This document shows, one piece after another, positions 37,686-47,817 of a stretch of DNA of 64,000 bases (the first letter of the stretch is position 1; each line of letters starts with the position of its first letter). Origin of the DNA: Dehalococcoidia bacterium (GTDB taxonomy: Bacteria > Chloroflexota > Dehalococcoidia > Dehalococcoidales > Fen-1064); assembly GCA_011171075.1 (NCBI GenBank), contig DUFD01000008.1, positions 10,148-74,147 of the forward strand, read 5' to 3'. Below the pieces are notes generated by a model, which had not been told where the DNA came from, did not search any database, and worked only from the letters and a program-made list of their open reading frames with translations. A program made the position numbers and the translations under genes.

Positions 37686-38417
37686 CTAGCTACTTGGCCC
37701 GTGTTTGTTTATTAGGTGGTGAGTCCAGTGGCCATCAGTGGACAGCACGCCGCCGATGGTGCACACCCTGATGTCCTCTCCCTGGTTGGTGGCCTCCGAC
37801 ATATCATACAGGTATTCGGCCAGGTCTTTTGCCGTCCTCCCGCCGGGCTGTAGTCTGGGTAGCTCGGAGGCGGGGTGAAAAGCCTCCGGATTAGCTAGGT
37901 CGCCCTTATAAGTTGAAATGCCGACCAGTGTGCCCGGCTCGAGCTCGATTTCAAAGGCGCTGGCCGGTGCCCCCTCGGTTACTATCCCGATGATGAAAAC
38001 CGGCTTTTTATTATCACCGATACTGGTAACAACACCGGCAATCCGTGGCGTTTTCAGGCTGTCCGGTTCGGCTCCGGCACCGTCCAGTATCTTTTCCAAA
38101 TAGTCTCCGGTGGGCGATGTGCCTGCAATCAGCAGGAGGCGGTATGTCTCGAAGATGGCCTCGGTCTGGATGCCGTTGCTGACGACCGCCATGCCCGTGT
38201 CGTTATCGAACTTCACGCTAGGATAGTGGAATCGTAACGGTACGTGTTCCTGCTGCCCGATGGGGTCGATTCTGATGCTGTCGCCTGCCGCTACGGCCAA
38301 ACGCTCACGGCTCTGCGGGCTGCGACCGGTGACCAGATAGACCAGGGCTGGCCTGGCATCAACGGTCAGCCCGATGAATAGCTGCCTTCCAGGGTAAGGT
38401 CCATTCGGGTTGCTCAT
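37686..38417 (-). CDS. purO: IMP cyclohydrolase, archaeal PurO type
   Basis: 243 aa. It aligns by eye with M. jannaschii PurO recalled from memory: GRQLFIGL...YLVTGRSPQSRER, MAVVSNGIQTEAI, DSLKTPRIAGVV, IIGIVTEGA and VGISTYK. Confidence 0.75.
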   Translation of the reverse strand: MSNPNGPYPGRQLFIGLTVDARPALVYLVTGRSPQSRERLAVAAGDSIRIDPIGQQEHVPLRFHYPSVKFDNDTGMAVVSNGIQTEAIFETYRLLLIAGTSPTGDYLEKILDGAGAEPDSLKTPRIAGVVTSIGDNKKPVFIIGIVTEGAPASAFEIELEPGTLVGISTYKGDLANPEAFHPASELPRLQPGGRTAKDLAEYLYDMSEATNQGEDIRVCTIGGVLSTDGHWTHHLINKHGPSS

Positions 38418-38475
38418 GGTATTGTATCCCCCCTCTCCACTGTATTATTTATCTTTTACAGGTAATGCCTTCGTT

Positions 38476-39285
38476 CTATTGTTTCGTGGCCACGATACGT
38501 CCGTTTCCCCATCTCCCATCGCGCATCCGCTTTATCTCGCTGGCGAACTCTTTGTGAGCGTAATGGACCCACTCCTTACCGAGAACGGTGGCAAACTCAT
38601 CCTCCCTTTCCGACAGTTTACGGTCGAGTACCCTCCAGCCGAGTTCGATGTCCCGCTCGGTGATGTCCTCGGCGTGGTCCACTGAGTATTCCAGCCCCTG
38701 TAGTATAGCGACAATATCCTGCAACCGCCACCTCGGGCTGTGTTTGTCCGGGTTTTGCCGCCTGATATCGAAGGTGATGGCAAGCCTGCCCCCTGGCGCC
38801 GTTACACGGTGGAACTCTTTCAGCCAGGCCTCATCGTGGTGCAGGGCACACTGGCTCCAGACGACGCTAAATTGCTCTTCTTCAAAGGGTAAATTCTTGG
38901 CATTACCTATACGGAAGTCCGCAAGGTCGGACAGCCCGGCAAGCTCAGCGATACGGCTGGCCGCAAGGATAAACCTCTCGAACAAATCAACACCCGTAAC
39001 CCGGCACCCGAACGATTGGACCAGTTGAATGGCCGGACCGCCCAGGTAGCAGCAGACATCGAGAACGTGGTCATCAGCAGTTATGGCTGCCAGTTCTGCC
39101 AGCTCTGCCGTGTCCTGCTCCCCGCCGAGGTGGTATTGCAGTCCACAGACGGTGGCCGTTGGGCTGGCCAGGAACCTGCCCTCCATTACGGCAGGCAGAA
39201 TCATCCGCTCAATCCTGTCGAGCAGCGGCCCGCCTTCCGGTAGCTGCCAGTTCTTAACGATTTTGTCCAGCTCGGATGTGGTCAC
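38476..39285 (-). CDS. Class I SAM-dependent methyltransferase
   Basis: 269 aa with a GTG start. Motif I VLDVCCYLGGPA, and post-I ...RVTGVDL... Confidence 0.8.
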   Translation of the reverse strand: MTTSELDKIVKNWQLPEGGPLLDRIERMILPAVMEGRFLASPTATVCGLQYHLGGEQDTAELAELAAITADDHVLDVCCYLGGPAIQLVQSFGCRVTGVDLFERFILAASRIAELAGLSDLADFRIGNAKNLPFEEEQFSVVWSQCALHHDEAWLKEFHRVTAPGGRLAITFDIRRQNPDKHSPRWRLQDIVAILQGLEYSVDHAEDITERDIELGWRVLDRKLSEREDEFATVLGKEWVHYAHKEFASEIKRMRDGRWGNGRIVATKQ

Positions 39286-39295
39286 GGGCCTGTAC

Positions 39296-40057
39296 TCACT
39301 CCTCGATGATAGCGACTACCCTCGCCCAGCCGGCGCTGCCGCCAGGTATCTTAATTGGAAAACAGGCTACCTTGAAGCCGAAGGGCCGGGGCAGTTTATC
39401 GAGGTTGGCCAGTTTCTCGATGTGGCAGTACTCCTTCTCGATGCCGGCGTAGTGGGCACCCCAGATAATACGACTGTCCTTGTTCTGTTTAAACTCCTCG
39501 CGAATCGCCCAGAAGGGGCGGTCCCAGCCCCAGGCATCGGTTCCCATGACGCGGACCCCCTGCTCAATTAACCAAAGAGTGGACTTGCGGGTCATGCCAC
39601 AGCCGGCGTCGAAATAATCAGGCTTTCCCCAGTACCGGTCGGTCCCGGTCTGGACGAGGACAATGTCCCCCGGTTTCAGTGTATAGTTAATCTTTGTAAG
39701 GGCTTCCTTGAAGTCGTCGACAGTTACGGCGCTGCCCCTCAGTTTGTGGCGCATATCTATGACGACGCCGTCACTGTAGAACCACTCAAGGGGCATCTCG
39801 TCAATCGTCCGTGCTTTCCTTCCTTCGGATGTGGGGGCATAATGCCACGGGGCATCGACGTGGGTGCCGGCGTGGGTACCCAGGGTCAGGGTATCCGTCG
39901 CCCAGCCCAGGCCGTCCGGCAGGTCTGCATCGGTGCAGCCGAAGACATTTTTCATGCCAGCGCTGCCCTCTTCGTGGGTATGATGGACGAGTTCCACTGC
40001 CTGTGCTCCGGGAGTCGGCTCCATCGGTACGCTCAGGTCGACGATTCTTATGGACAT
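39296..40057 (-). CDS. Cyclase family protein (kynurenine formamidase-like metal hydrolase)
   Basis: 253 aa. HAGTHVDAPWHY matches the putative-cyclase / arylformamidase signature (G-T-H-x-D-A-P-x-H). Confidence 0.8.
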   Translation of the reverse strand: MSIRIVDLSVPMEPTPGAQAVELVHHTHEEGSAGMKNVFGCTDADLPDGLGWATDTLTLGTHAGTHVDAPWHYAPTSEGRKARTIDEMPLEWFYSDGVVIDMRHKLRGSAVTVDDFKEALTKINYTLKPGDIVLVQTGTDRYWGKPDYFDAGCGMTRKSTLWLIEQGVRVMGTDAWGWDRPFWAIREEFKQNKDSRIIWGAHYAGIEKEYCHIEKLANLDKLPRPFGFKVACFPIKIPGGSAGWARVVAIIEE

Positions 40058-40210
40058 GGTCTTGCCCCCTCTGTATGATAGTCGACTGGTATTCTATCAC
40101 CCCGTTATATTGATAGCAAAACCGTTGAATGGGTATGATTTGAGCAAATTGACAGATATCCACCCCGCTACTATAGTTGAATGTACCCGGATGGTATGCA
40201 AGGAGGAGTC

Positions 40211-41149
40211 ATGAAAGAAGCAGGCATCGAGCGGGTGGCCGTTATTGGGGCCGGGCTGATGGGTTTCGGCGTGGCCGTGGAGTTTGCCCGGTTCGGTTAC
40301 CAGGTAAGTATCTACAACACGCGAGAAGAGACCAGCCAGCAGGCCATGCGGCAGGCGCGGGAGACGCTTGACCTGATGGCCGAAACAGAGCTTATTACGG
40401 GTGAGGAGGCGGACGCTGCCTATGGAAGGATTCACCCCACGACAGATATTGCTGAGGCAGCCAGTGGTGCTGATTTCGTTCATGAGTCGGTGCTGGAGGT
40501 GCTCGATATTAAGAAGGAGGTGTTTGCCCGCCTCGATGAGCTCTGCCCCCCTTCGGTCATCCTGGCGACCAATACCTCCGGCCTGCGAGTTACCGATATT
40601 GCCACGGTTACCAAGCACCCGGAGCGTGTTCTGGTAACTCACTATTTCCAGCCGCCGCATTTCGTCCCTCTGGTGGAGGTGGCCGGTGGTGAGAAGACCG
40701 ACCGGGCGCTGGTGGAGAAGGCGGCCCGAATGCTGCGGGGGATGCGCAAAAAGGTAGTCGTGATTGACGTTGAGCTACCGGGTTTCGTCGGTAACCGCCT
40801 TCAGGGGGCTATCGCCAGGGAAGTACGCTCACTGGTGGACCAGGGGGTATGCACCCCTGAGATGATAGACGACGTCATTTCCTTCGGGTTTGGCCGGAGG
40901 ATGGCCTACACCGGCTATTTCAAGCGTATGGATCTGATAGGACTTGATTTTGGCTACCGGGCATCTCAGGGGCGGGGTGTGCCTGCATGGGGACCGGTCG
41001 CCGAGCGCGTCGAGCGGGGTGAACTGGGGATGAAGAGTGGTAAGGGTTTCTACGAGTGGCCGGGTGATACTGCCAAAAAGCTCCACCGCCGCCTCAACAC
41101 CGAGCTTATCCGCCTGATGAAGCAGGATATGGAGGCGGGGCTGATATAA
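40211..41149 (+). CDS. 3-hydroxyacyl-CoA dehydrogenase family protein
   Basis: MKEAGIERVAVIGAGLMGFGVA (Rossmann motif), ...ATNTSGL..., ...HYFQPPHFVPLVEV..., PGFVGNRL. The ATG at 40211 follows AGGAGG. The listed ORF starts at 40181. Confidence 0.88.
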   Translation: MKEAGIERVAVIGAGLMGFGVAVEFARFGYQVSIYNTREETSQQAMRQARETLDLMAETELITGEEADAAYGRIHPTTDIAEAASGADFVHESVLEVLDIKKEVFARLDELCPPSVILATNTSGLRVTDIATVTKHPERVLVTHYFQPPHFVPLVEVAGGEKTDRALVEKAARMLRGMRKKVVVIDVELPGFVGNRLQGAIAREVRSLVDQGVCTPEMIDDVISFGFGRRMAYTGYFKRMDLIGLDFGYRASQGRGVPAWGPVAERVERGELGMKSGKGFYEWPGDTAKKLHRRLNTELIRLMKQDMEAGLI

Positions 41150-41249
41150 CCTCACAGTTTAGCCGGTAGTGCCTGCTGCGTGCTATAATATTCATATCCA
41201 TCGCAAAGCGGATTTATCTTGATTCCTCATATTAAAGGAGCGGAGAGAC

Positions 41250-42665
41250 ATGCCCAGTGATATCGTCAGGCAACTTGACCCTATTTTTAAAGCGAAATCG
41301 ATGGCCGTTATCGGTGCTTCGCGGGCGCCATTCAAATGGGGAGGTCGTGCTGTTCTTATGCCACTGTTGACTGGCTATCGCGGTGCAATCTACCCGGTCA
41401 ACCCGAGAGAGAAGGAAATTGCCGGGCTTACCTGCTATCCCAGCGTTCGTGACATCCCTTACGATGTCGATATGGCGGTCATTGTGGTGCCGGCAGCGTT
41501 AGCACCCCAGGCAATGGCCGATTGTGTTGCAAAGGGAGTGAAGGGCGTGGTGATGATAACCGCTGGCTTTGCCGAGGCCAGCGAGGAAGGTCGGGTGTTG
41601 CAGGACGAAGTGGTGCGCATTGCTCGCGAGGGCGGTATCAGGTTCGTCGGGCCGAACGGCATGGGGATATATACCTCTGCAGTCAATCTAAACCTGTGCC
41701 TGCACGATGATGTCCGACCGGGGAAGATTGCCTTTGTCTCTCAAAGTGGTACCTTTGGCGGACTGCTTGCCGAGGTCGCTGAGCGTAAGGGCTACGGCCT
41801 GAGCAAGTTCATCAGTATTGGTAATCAGGCCGACCTCACTGCCGCCGACTACGTGGAGTACCTCGGCGAGGACGACGATACCGGGGCGATAGTCCTCTAC
41901 ATGGAGGGCTTCAAGGATGGTGCTCGGTTCTTCAGGGTAGCGCGAGAGGTAATCAAGAAGAAACCGATACTCATGTATAAGGCGGGTCGCACCGAGGCAG
42001 CCGCCAGGGCAACCATGTCGCACACCAGTTCCCTGGCAGGCTCGGATGAGATAGTCGATGCCATGTGCCGGCAGGTGGGCATTATACGGGCTACAGAGGT
42101 AACGCATCCGTTTGACATGGCGGAGGCGTTAATCGGTCTGCCATTACCCCGGAGTAATCGTGTGGCCATTATCGGTAGCGGTGGACAGGGGGTGGTCACC
42201 TCCGATACCTGCGAATCACTTGGACTGCAAGTCCCTGCACTTGACCGTGAGACCAGCATTAAGCTGAAGGAGGCATTACCTCCTCATGCGCCGGTCCCTT
42301 CCAACCCGGTAGACTTTGCCGGTGGAATGCGCGGACCGCTTGATGAGGTGCAGGTGGCCGATGCGCTCGCCCGGATAGACTATATCGACGGCATTATCTG
42401 CAACACGCCCCATTTTCACGAAGAGGATAATAGAGACGACGTGAAAACGGCTGTCCAGGGAGCGGAGATACTGGCTGCCATCCCAGAAAAGTACGGTAAG
42501 CCGGTGGTCACGTTATCGTGGCACAGTCACAGTCGTGGCGGCGCTATCGGGGACGTTATGAAGAAGGCTGGTATACCCTCCTACGAGACTCCGGAGCAGT
42601 GCGCCCGGGCGATGATGGCCCTGGCACAGTATGCCGAGGTCCGTCGGCGGTCGGATGGGGAATAG
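41250..42665 (+). CDS. ADP-forming acyl-CoA synthetase alpha-type protein (CoA-binding plus CoA-ligase domains)
   Basis: 471 aa. ...KSMAVIGASR... CoA-binding domain, VSQSGTFGG, and the phospho-histidine loop MSHTSSLAG. No ATP-grasp (beta) partner is seen nearby. Confidence 0.85.
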   Translation: MPSDIVRQLDPIFKAKSMAVIGASRAPFKWGGRAVLMPLLTGYRGAIYPVNPREKEIAGLTCYPSVRDIPYDVDMAVIVVPAALAPQAMADCVAKGVKGVVMITAGFAEASEEGRVLQDEVVRIAREGGIRFVGPNGMGIYTSAVNLNLCLHDDVRPGKIAFVSQSGTFGGLLAEVAERKGYGLSKFISIGNQADLTAADYVEYLGEDDDTGAIVLYMEGFKDGARFFRVAREVIKKKPILMYKAGRTEAAARATMSHTSSLAGSDEIVDAMCRQVGIIRATEVTHPFDMAEALIGLPLPRSNRVAIIGSGGQGVVTSDTCESLGLQVPALDRETSIKLKEALPPHAPVPSNPVDFAGGMRGPLDEVQVADALARIDYIDGIICNTPHFHEEDNRDDVKTAVQGAEILAAIPEKYGKPVVTLSWHSHSRGGAIGDVMKKAGIPSYETPEQCARAMMALAQYAEVRRRSDGE

Positions 42666-42704
42666 GCCATCTCAGCCCTTATACAGGCGGGTTGGGTATA
42701 CAGT

Positions 42705-43511
42705 CTAGACGGCCACGTCGCGCCGTTCAAAGGTGGCGATGGCTATCACCAGGAAAAAGATGGTCAGTCCGATGAGCACGGCCGCATGTAACGGGTCCAG
42801 TCCGTTGGACAGTGGGTTGGCGTCGATATAGTAGTAAAAGGGTGACGCTACCTGGAACGGCTCCAGCCAGTCGATAAGCGGTGCCAGGGCGTTCAGCATG
42901 TAGCCGTACACACCCAGCGCCCCACTCACACCCATACTGAGACCGCGTTTGCCACGGGAGCACCCCACCGCCAACGCCACGGTTCCATATGCAATCGCCA
43001 GCAGGAACCCGCTGAAACAGACCGCCGCCAGTCGGAGCAGGTTGAGTCCCATGTCAGCGATGGCACCGCCTATTGCCAGCGTCGCCCAGAAGACTATGGC
43101 CAGGAGCAGTGTACAGATTACCATCGCGGCAAACTTCTCCATTACAAGGCGCCAGCGGTTGAGTGGGTTTGATAGGAGCAGGTCCAATGTACGCCGTTCT
43201 TCTTCGCCGGCGATAGCTCCGCTACCGAACCCGATAGAAAAGACCAGCATCAACAGGGGATACATCAGGAAGAATAGCTCGCCGTTAAGGAATCCCTCGG
43301 CCGAAGCGTAATCGGTTATCTCACCGGCGAAGAGCGCCATGAATTCCTCTGGAAACGACTCCAGGTACTCGGTGATGAAGGTAGCGTCACGGATAACTGG
43401 ATAGAAGGCTATGATGATGGCGGCCAGTACCACGAAGCCCAGTCCCCAGAACAGAAGAGAACGGCGCCGGTCGCGCAGGGTCTTCAGGATGATATTACGC
43501 AGCACTGTCAT
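42705..43511 (-). CDS. ABC-2 family transporter permease
   Basis: 268 aa with about 6 hydrophobic segments. It overlaps the upstream ATPase gene by 17 nt. Confidence 0.7.
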   Translation of the reverse strand: MTVLRNIILKTLRDRRRSLLFWGLGFVVLAAIIIAFYPVIRDATFITEYLESFPEEFMALFAGEITDYASAEGFLNGELFFLMYPLLMLVFSIGFGSGAIAGEEERRTLDLLLSNPLNRWRLVMEKFAAMVICTLLLAIVFWATLAIGGAIADMGLNLLRLAAVCFSGFLLAIAYGTVALAVGCSRGKRGLSMGVSGALGVYGYMLNALAPLIDWLEPFQVASPFYYYIDANPLSNGLDPLHAAVLIGLTIFFLVIAIATFERRDVAV

Positions 43512-44406
43512 CCTCCTGGTTGTAGTAGGCCAGGAATATCTCCTCCATGCTCGGTTCGTGGCTTATCACGTTGACCACCTGGTACTGTGCGGCTGCTTTG
43601 ACCAGAGCGTCGAGTTCGCCGGCTACGGTGCAGGTAAGGATGTTATCGTGTACCTGCACATCACGCACGCCGGGGATGTCGCTGAACTGCGCCGGCGAGA
43701 CCGGCGTGGCGAAACGAATTTCGAGGCGGCGGATAGCCCTGGCTTTGAGTACGTCTATATCCTCAACCGCAATGAGCTGTCCCTCGCGGATAATACCGAC
43801 ACGGTCGCAAACCCGCTCTACCTCCGGCATGATGTGCGACGACAGGAAGACCGTCCTTCCCTCTGCTTTGACCTCACCGATGAGGCGGTAGAACTCCTGT
43901 TGCATCAGGGGGTCGAGGCCGATGGTCGGTTCGTCCAGGATAAGCAGTTCGGGTTTGTTCATGAAAGCCTGGATAAGACCTACCTTCTGTCGGTTGCCGT
44001 GAGAAAGCGTCTTGATTCGCTGTGAGAGGTCGTAGTCAAGTCGCGCCGCCAGTTCCTCGACGTATTGCCAGTCTACACCACCGCGCAGATGGCTCAGGAA
44101 CTCAAGAAGCTCTGCTCCGGTCAGGTTGTCATATACCTCCAGTTCCCCGGGCAGGTAACCGATGCGTCGCCGTGTTTCCAGGCTGTTCTGTTTGATATCC
44201 AGACCGAAGATGCTTGCCCGGCCGCGGGTGGGGAAAATGAAGTGGAGCAGGGTACGAATTGTGGTCGTCTTGCCGGCGCCGTTGGGGCCGAGGTAGCCGA
44301 AGACCTCGCCGCGCTCGATATCGAGGTCAATATCGAGGATACCCCGTTGCTTACCGTATAGCTTGGTCAGACCTTCTGTGTGGATGACGCATTCATTATC
44401 GGTCAT
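43495..44406 (-). CDS. ABC transporter ATP-binding protein
   Basis: Walker A GPNGAGKTT, signature LSHGNRQKV, Walker B LLILDEPT. Confidence 0.92.
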   Translation of the reverse strand: MTDNECVIHTEGLTKLYGKQRGILDIDLDIERGEVFGYLGPNGAGKTTTIRTLLHFIFPTRGRASIFGLDIKQNSLETRRRIGYLPGELEVYDNLTGAELLEFLSHLRGGVDWQYVEELAARLDYDLSQRIKTLSHGNRQKVGLIQAFMNKPELLILDEPTIGLDPLMQQEFYRLIGEVKAEGRTVFLSSHIMPEVERVCDRVGIIREGQLIAVEDIDVLKARAIRRLEIRFATPVSPAQFSDIPGVRDVQVHDNILTCTVAGELDALVKAAAQYQVVNVISHEPSMEEIFLAYYNQEDDSAA

Positions 44407-44619
44407 TCAGGATTTTGCTCTCTATAATTATGTCTTTCCCCCATCCTATCTCATGGAGTGCGGAGCGTCAAGGTATTCGCGTTTGAAGGGGATAGTGCCT
44501 TCACTACCAGGCAGGTGACTACGAACGCATTTGTTACCTTGCCAATCACACGACGGTGTTTTATAATGTGCGCCAGTCGACGCGTTCAATTTCCACTCAA
44601 GATATCAGGGGGTGAGGCG

Positions 44620-45369
44620 ATGCCTGAAGAGTATTTGGTCGCACAGGACCTGCACAAGAGTTTCAACGAGCACAAGGCAGTCAATGGCGTCTCCTTTGCC
44701 ATTCATAAGGGTGAGATTTTCGGGCTGCTGGGGCCGAACGGGGCCGGTAAGACAACAACGATACGAATGCTTTCCACCGTTCTGGAGCCCGACCAGGGTG
44801 ATGTCACCATCGGTGGTCACTCGATGAAGCGTGAAGCCGATGCCGTGCGGAACTTGATTGGTGTCTGTCCTCAGGAGCTGGCACTTTACGTGGAGCTTGG
44901 CGCTCTCGATAATCTGGTCTTCTTTGGTCGGATGGCAGGACTGAGCAGCCAGGAAGCCAAAGAGCAGGCCAAAACTCACTTGGCGCTGGTGGGTCTGGAG
45001 GAGAGGGGTAAAGGGAGGATAGACAAGTTCTCCGGCGGAATGAAACGACGCGTCAATCTGGCGGTAGCCCTGATGGGTCATCCCGAGCTTCTTTTCCTTG
45101 ATGAACCGACGGTTGGCATTGACCCGCAATCACGGAACAACATCTATGAGACAATCGAGGGGCTGCGCGATAAGGGGATGACGATTCTTTATACGACACA
45201 CTACATGGAGGAGGCCGACCGTCTCTGTGACAGGATAGCAATTATGGATGGTGGGCAGATAATCGCCCTCGACACCCCGCACGAGCTCAAGGCGCAGATT
45301 GGTCCGCCGGAGCAGGTAACTCTAGAGGATGTCTTCCTGAAACTGACCGGTCGGAGCCTCAGGGACTAG
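44620..45369 (+). CDS. ABC transporter ATP-binding protein
   Basis: The start at ATG 44620 (MPEEYLVAQDLHKSF) lies behind a purine-rich SD-like stretch (caggggGTGAGGcg). Walker A GPNGAGKTT, signature FSGGMKRRV, Walker B LLFLDEPT. The longer ORF from 44458 adds a non-homologous N-terminus. Confidence 0.92.
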   Translation: MPEEYLVAQDLHKSFNEHKAVNGVSFAIHKGEIFGLLGPNGAGKTTTIRMLSTVLEPDQGDVTIGGHSMKREADAVRNLIGVCPQELALYVELGALDNLVFFGRMAGLSSQEAKEQAKTHLALVGLEERGKGRIDKFSGGMKRRVNLAVALMGHPELLFLDEPTVGIDPQSRNNIYETIEGLRDKGMTILYTTHYMEEADRLCDRIAIMDGGQIIALDTPHELKAQIGPPEQVTLEDVFLKLTGRSLRD

Positions 45370-45381
45370 ACTAGAGACGAT

Positions 45382-46563
45382 ATGGTTAGAGCGTTACAGA
45401 TTGCCCTGCTTCAGGTCCGTATATACCTTCAGGACAAAGGCGACCTTGCCTTCAGTCTGCTCCTTCCGATAGTGACTTTTGCACTGATATACGGTGCTTT
45501 CGGTGGACAGACACAATTCCACGCTACCGCCCACATTGTTAATGAAGACTCCGGGGGCACCTACTCCAAGATTCTGCTTGAGCAGCTTGACGCCCTTGAT
45601 GAGCTCGATGTTGAGTTGCTCTCCCTTACAGAGGCGGATAGAAAGCTGGAACGGGCCGACCTGCTGATGGTCATCGTAATTCCGGAGGATTTCTCGGACG
45701 GGCTGGTCTCTGGAGAGCAGGTGCAGCTCCTCTTCAAGCAACGGGGTAACGCTGGCCAGGAAGGGCAGATAGTACGTGCCCTGGTGCAGAGCGTTGCCGA
45801 TGACATCTCGCTGGGGCTCCAGGTGCAGGAACAGGTCATCGCAGCGCTGGTGGACGGTAATACCACGATTCACCAGATTGAGACTACAGTTGAGAGGCTA
45901 CTCGATGAAGAACGAGAAAATCCTACGGTTGCTGTTGCCGAGGAAGCCATCGGCAGCAGCCCCGACGCGGTCAACCAGTTCCTGCCCGGCATCATCACCA
46001 TGTATGTTCTCTTTGCCATCATGCTAACTGCCCGTACGCTCGTGGAGGAGCGTCAACTGGGGACGCTGGAACGCCTGTTGACGACCCGGCTCAGCGTCGG
46101 GCAGCTTTTCGCTGGCAAATTCCTCGCCGGTATCAGTCGCGGTTTTATCCAGACAGTGATACTGATGGTGCTCTCTTATGCCGTCTTCCAGATTTTCACT
46201 CCTCTTTCTTTTGTTAGTGCACTGCTGGTTGCCCTTGTTTTTACAGGTGCTGCCAGTGCGCTGGGTCTCGTTCTTGCTTCGGCGGTACGTACCCCGGACC
46301 AGGCAACTTGGGCGGGTGTCTTTATCACGATGGCAATGGTTATGATTAGTGGCACCTTCTTCCCCATTGAAGAAGGTTCAGTAATGGAAATCCTCAGTCG
46401 CATATCTATCAATACATATGCCAACGACGCCTTTACGACACTGATAGCCGAGGGGGGTTCGATGGCTGACCTCGGTCTCGAAATGGGTGTACTGGCTGGC
46501 GTGATTGTCATCGGACTGCTGCTAAGTCGGTACTTATTTAAGGCCATGCCGGGAGGAAGATAG
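45382..46563 (+). CDS. ABC-2 type transporter permease
   Basis: 393 aa. N-terminal TM segment, a large extracytoplasmic loop, then about 5 C-terminal TM segments, which is the ABC-2 exporter layout. Confidence 0.8.
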   Translation: MVRALQIALLQVRIYLQDKGDLAFSLLLPIVTFALIYGAFGGQTQFHATAHIVNEDSGGTYSKILLEQLDALDELDVELLSLTEADRKLERADLLMVIVIPEDFSDGLVSGEQVQLLFKQRGNAGQEGQIVRALVQSVADDISLGLQVQEQVIAALVDGNTTIHQIETTVERLLDEERENPTVAVAEEAIGSSPDAVNQFLPGIITMYVLFAIMLTARTLVEERQLGTLERLLTTRLSVGQLFAGKFLAGISRGFIQTVILMVLSYAVFQIFTPLSFVSALLVALVFTGAASALGLVLASAVRTPDQATWAGVFITMAMVMISGTFFPIEEGSVMEILSRISINTYANDAFTTLIAEGGSMADLGLEMGVLAGVIVIGLLLSRYLFKAMPGGR

Positions 46564-46568
46564 AGAAA

Positions 46569-47795
46569 GTGATACAGCCAAGGCTGGTCTGGTTAATTGC
46601 CCTCAAGGACCTGAAGCTCTTTATCCGGGACCGTCTGGCCCTGTTCTTCTTCATATTGTTCCCATTTATGTTTGTCGTCATGTTCAACTTCATCTACGCT
46701 GGCGTCGGTAGTGAGGATGACCGACTCGTGTTCCATCTTGTCACCCTGGAAGAAGAAACAGAAACGGCGTTGAGCTATCAGATAATCGCTGCGATAGAGA
46801 CTCCAGATGAGTCGGCGCTTCAACCGGGGGAATCCCAGGTTGTCCGGGAGGATGACTATGATGAGTTGCGCCGGCAGGTTGAGGACAAGGAACTTGGTGG
46901 CTTTCTCGCTTTTCCTGTGGATTTTTCCGAGGGTATTTACATGGGTAGGGGGGCTGAGATTGAAGTGGTGGCCGATGCCGAAGCGGTCAGCTACCGGGCT
47001 GCCCTGTACGGTCTGGCTGATGGGATTAGCTCCTGGATAGGTGCCAATAACGTGGTTGAGAAAGCCATCAGTGAGTTGGCTAAGGAACAGGCCCCGGCTA
47101 TCTTGGAATCTATCATTGAAGCGCTGGGCGGTCAGTTAATTGCTGGGGAGCCGTTGATAGAGTATACCAGTGAAAAGGTTGGTGAAGTTGAGGCGGAGCA
47201 GCCATCAAACTTCGTTATCCCCGGCTATCTGGTGATGTTCGTCTTCTTTGCGGCTGCCCTGTCCTCGGAAGCAATTGTCCGCGAGCGCCAGAACCATACC
47301 CTGGAGCGTATACTGGCCAGTTCGGTGCGGCGGTTCACCATCATCGGTGGTATTTTTACGGGCACGGCCACCAAGGGGCTGGTACAGATGATTATCTTCT
47401 GGGCGGTGGGTATTCTGGCGTTTAACATCGACCTCGGGATTGCCCCGGCGGCGGTTATCATCCTCTCGTTCCTGATGGTAATCGTGTCGGCCTCCTTCGG
47501 CGTAATGCTGGCCACCCTGGTGAAGACCGACCGCGGCGCCGGCTCGATAGCGACACTGGCTGCCCTGATAATGGCGCCGCTCGGCGGCTGCTGGTGGCCA
47601 TTATTTATCACGCCGCAGTGGATGCAGTTCCTTTCAAAAGTTACGCCTCACGGCTGGGCAAATGAAGGCTTTAACAAGCTGATGCTCTTCGGGGCTGATT
47701 TTGCAGATGTCGCTCCGGAGATGCTCGCCCTGGTCATCTTCACAATTATCTTCGGCAGCATCGCCGTATGGCGCTTCCGTACCGCGGCTGGTTGA
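46569..47795 (+). CDS. ABC-2 type transporter permease (paralogue of the preceding gene)
   Basis: 408 aa with the same architecture as 45382..46563. Confidence 0.8.
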   Translation: MIQPRLVWLIALKDLKLFIRDRLALFFFILFPFMFVVMFNFIYAGVGSEDDRLVFHLVTLEEETETALSYQIIAAIETPDESALQPGESQVVREDDYDELRRQVEDKELGGFLAFPVDFSEGIYMGRGAEIEVVADAEAVSYRAALYGLADGISSWIGANNVVEKAISELAKEQAPAILESIIEALGGQLIAGEPLIEYTSEKVGEVEAEQPSNFVIPGYLVMFVFFAAALSSEAIVRERQNHTLERILASSVRRFTIIGGIFTGTATKGLVQMIIFWAVGILAFNIDLGIAPAAVIILSFLMVIVSASFGVMLATLVKTDRGAGSIATLAALIMAPLGGCWWPLFITPQWMQFLSKVTPHGWANEGFNKLMLFGADFADVAPEMLALVIFTIIFGSIAVWRFRTAAG

Positions 47796-47817
47796 GGCAG
47801 GCGAAGTAAGAGCGGTT

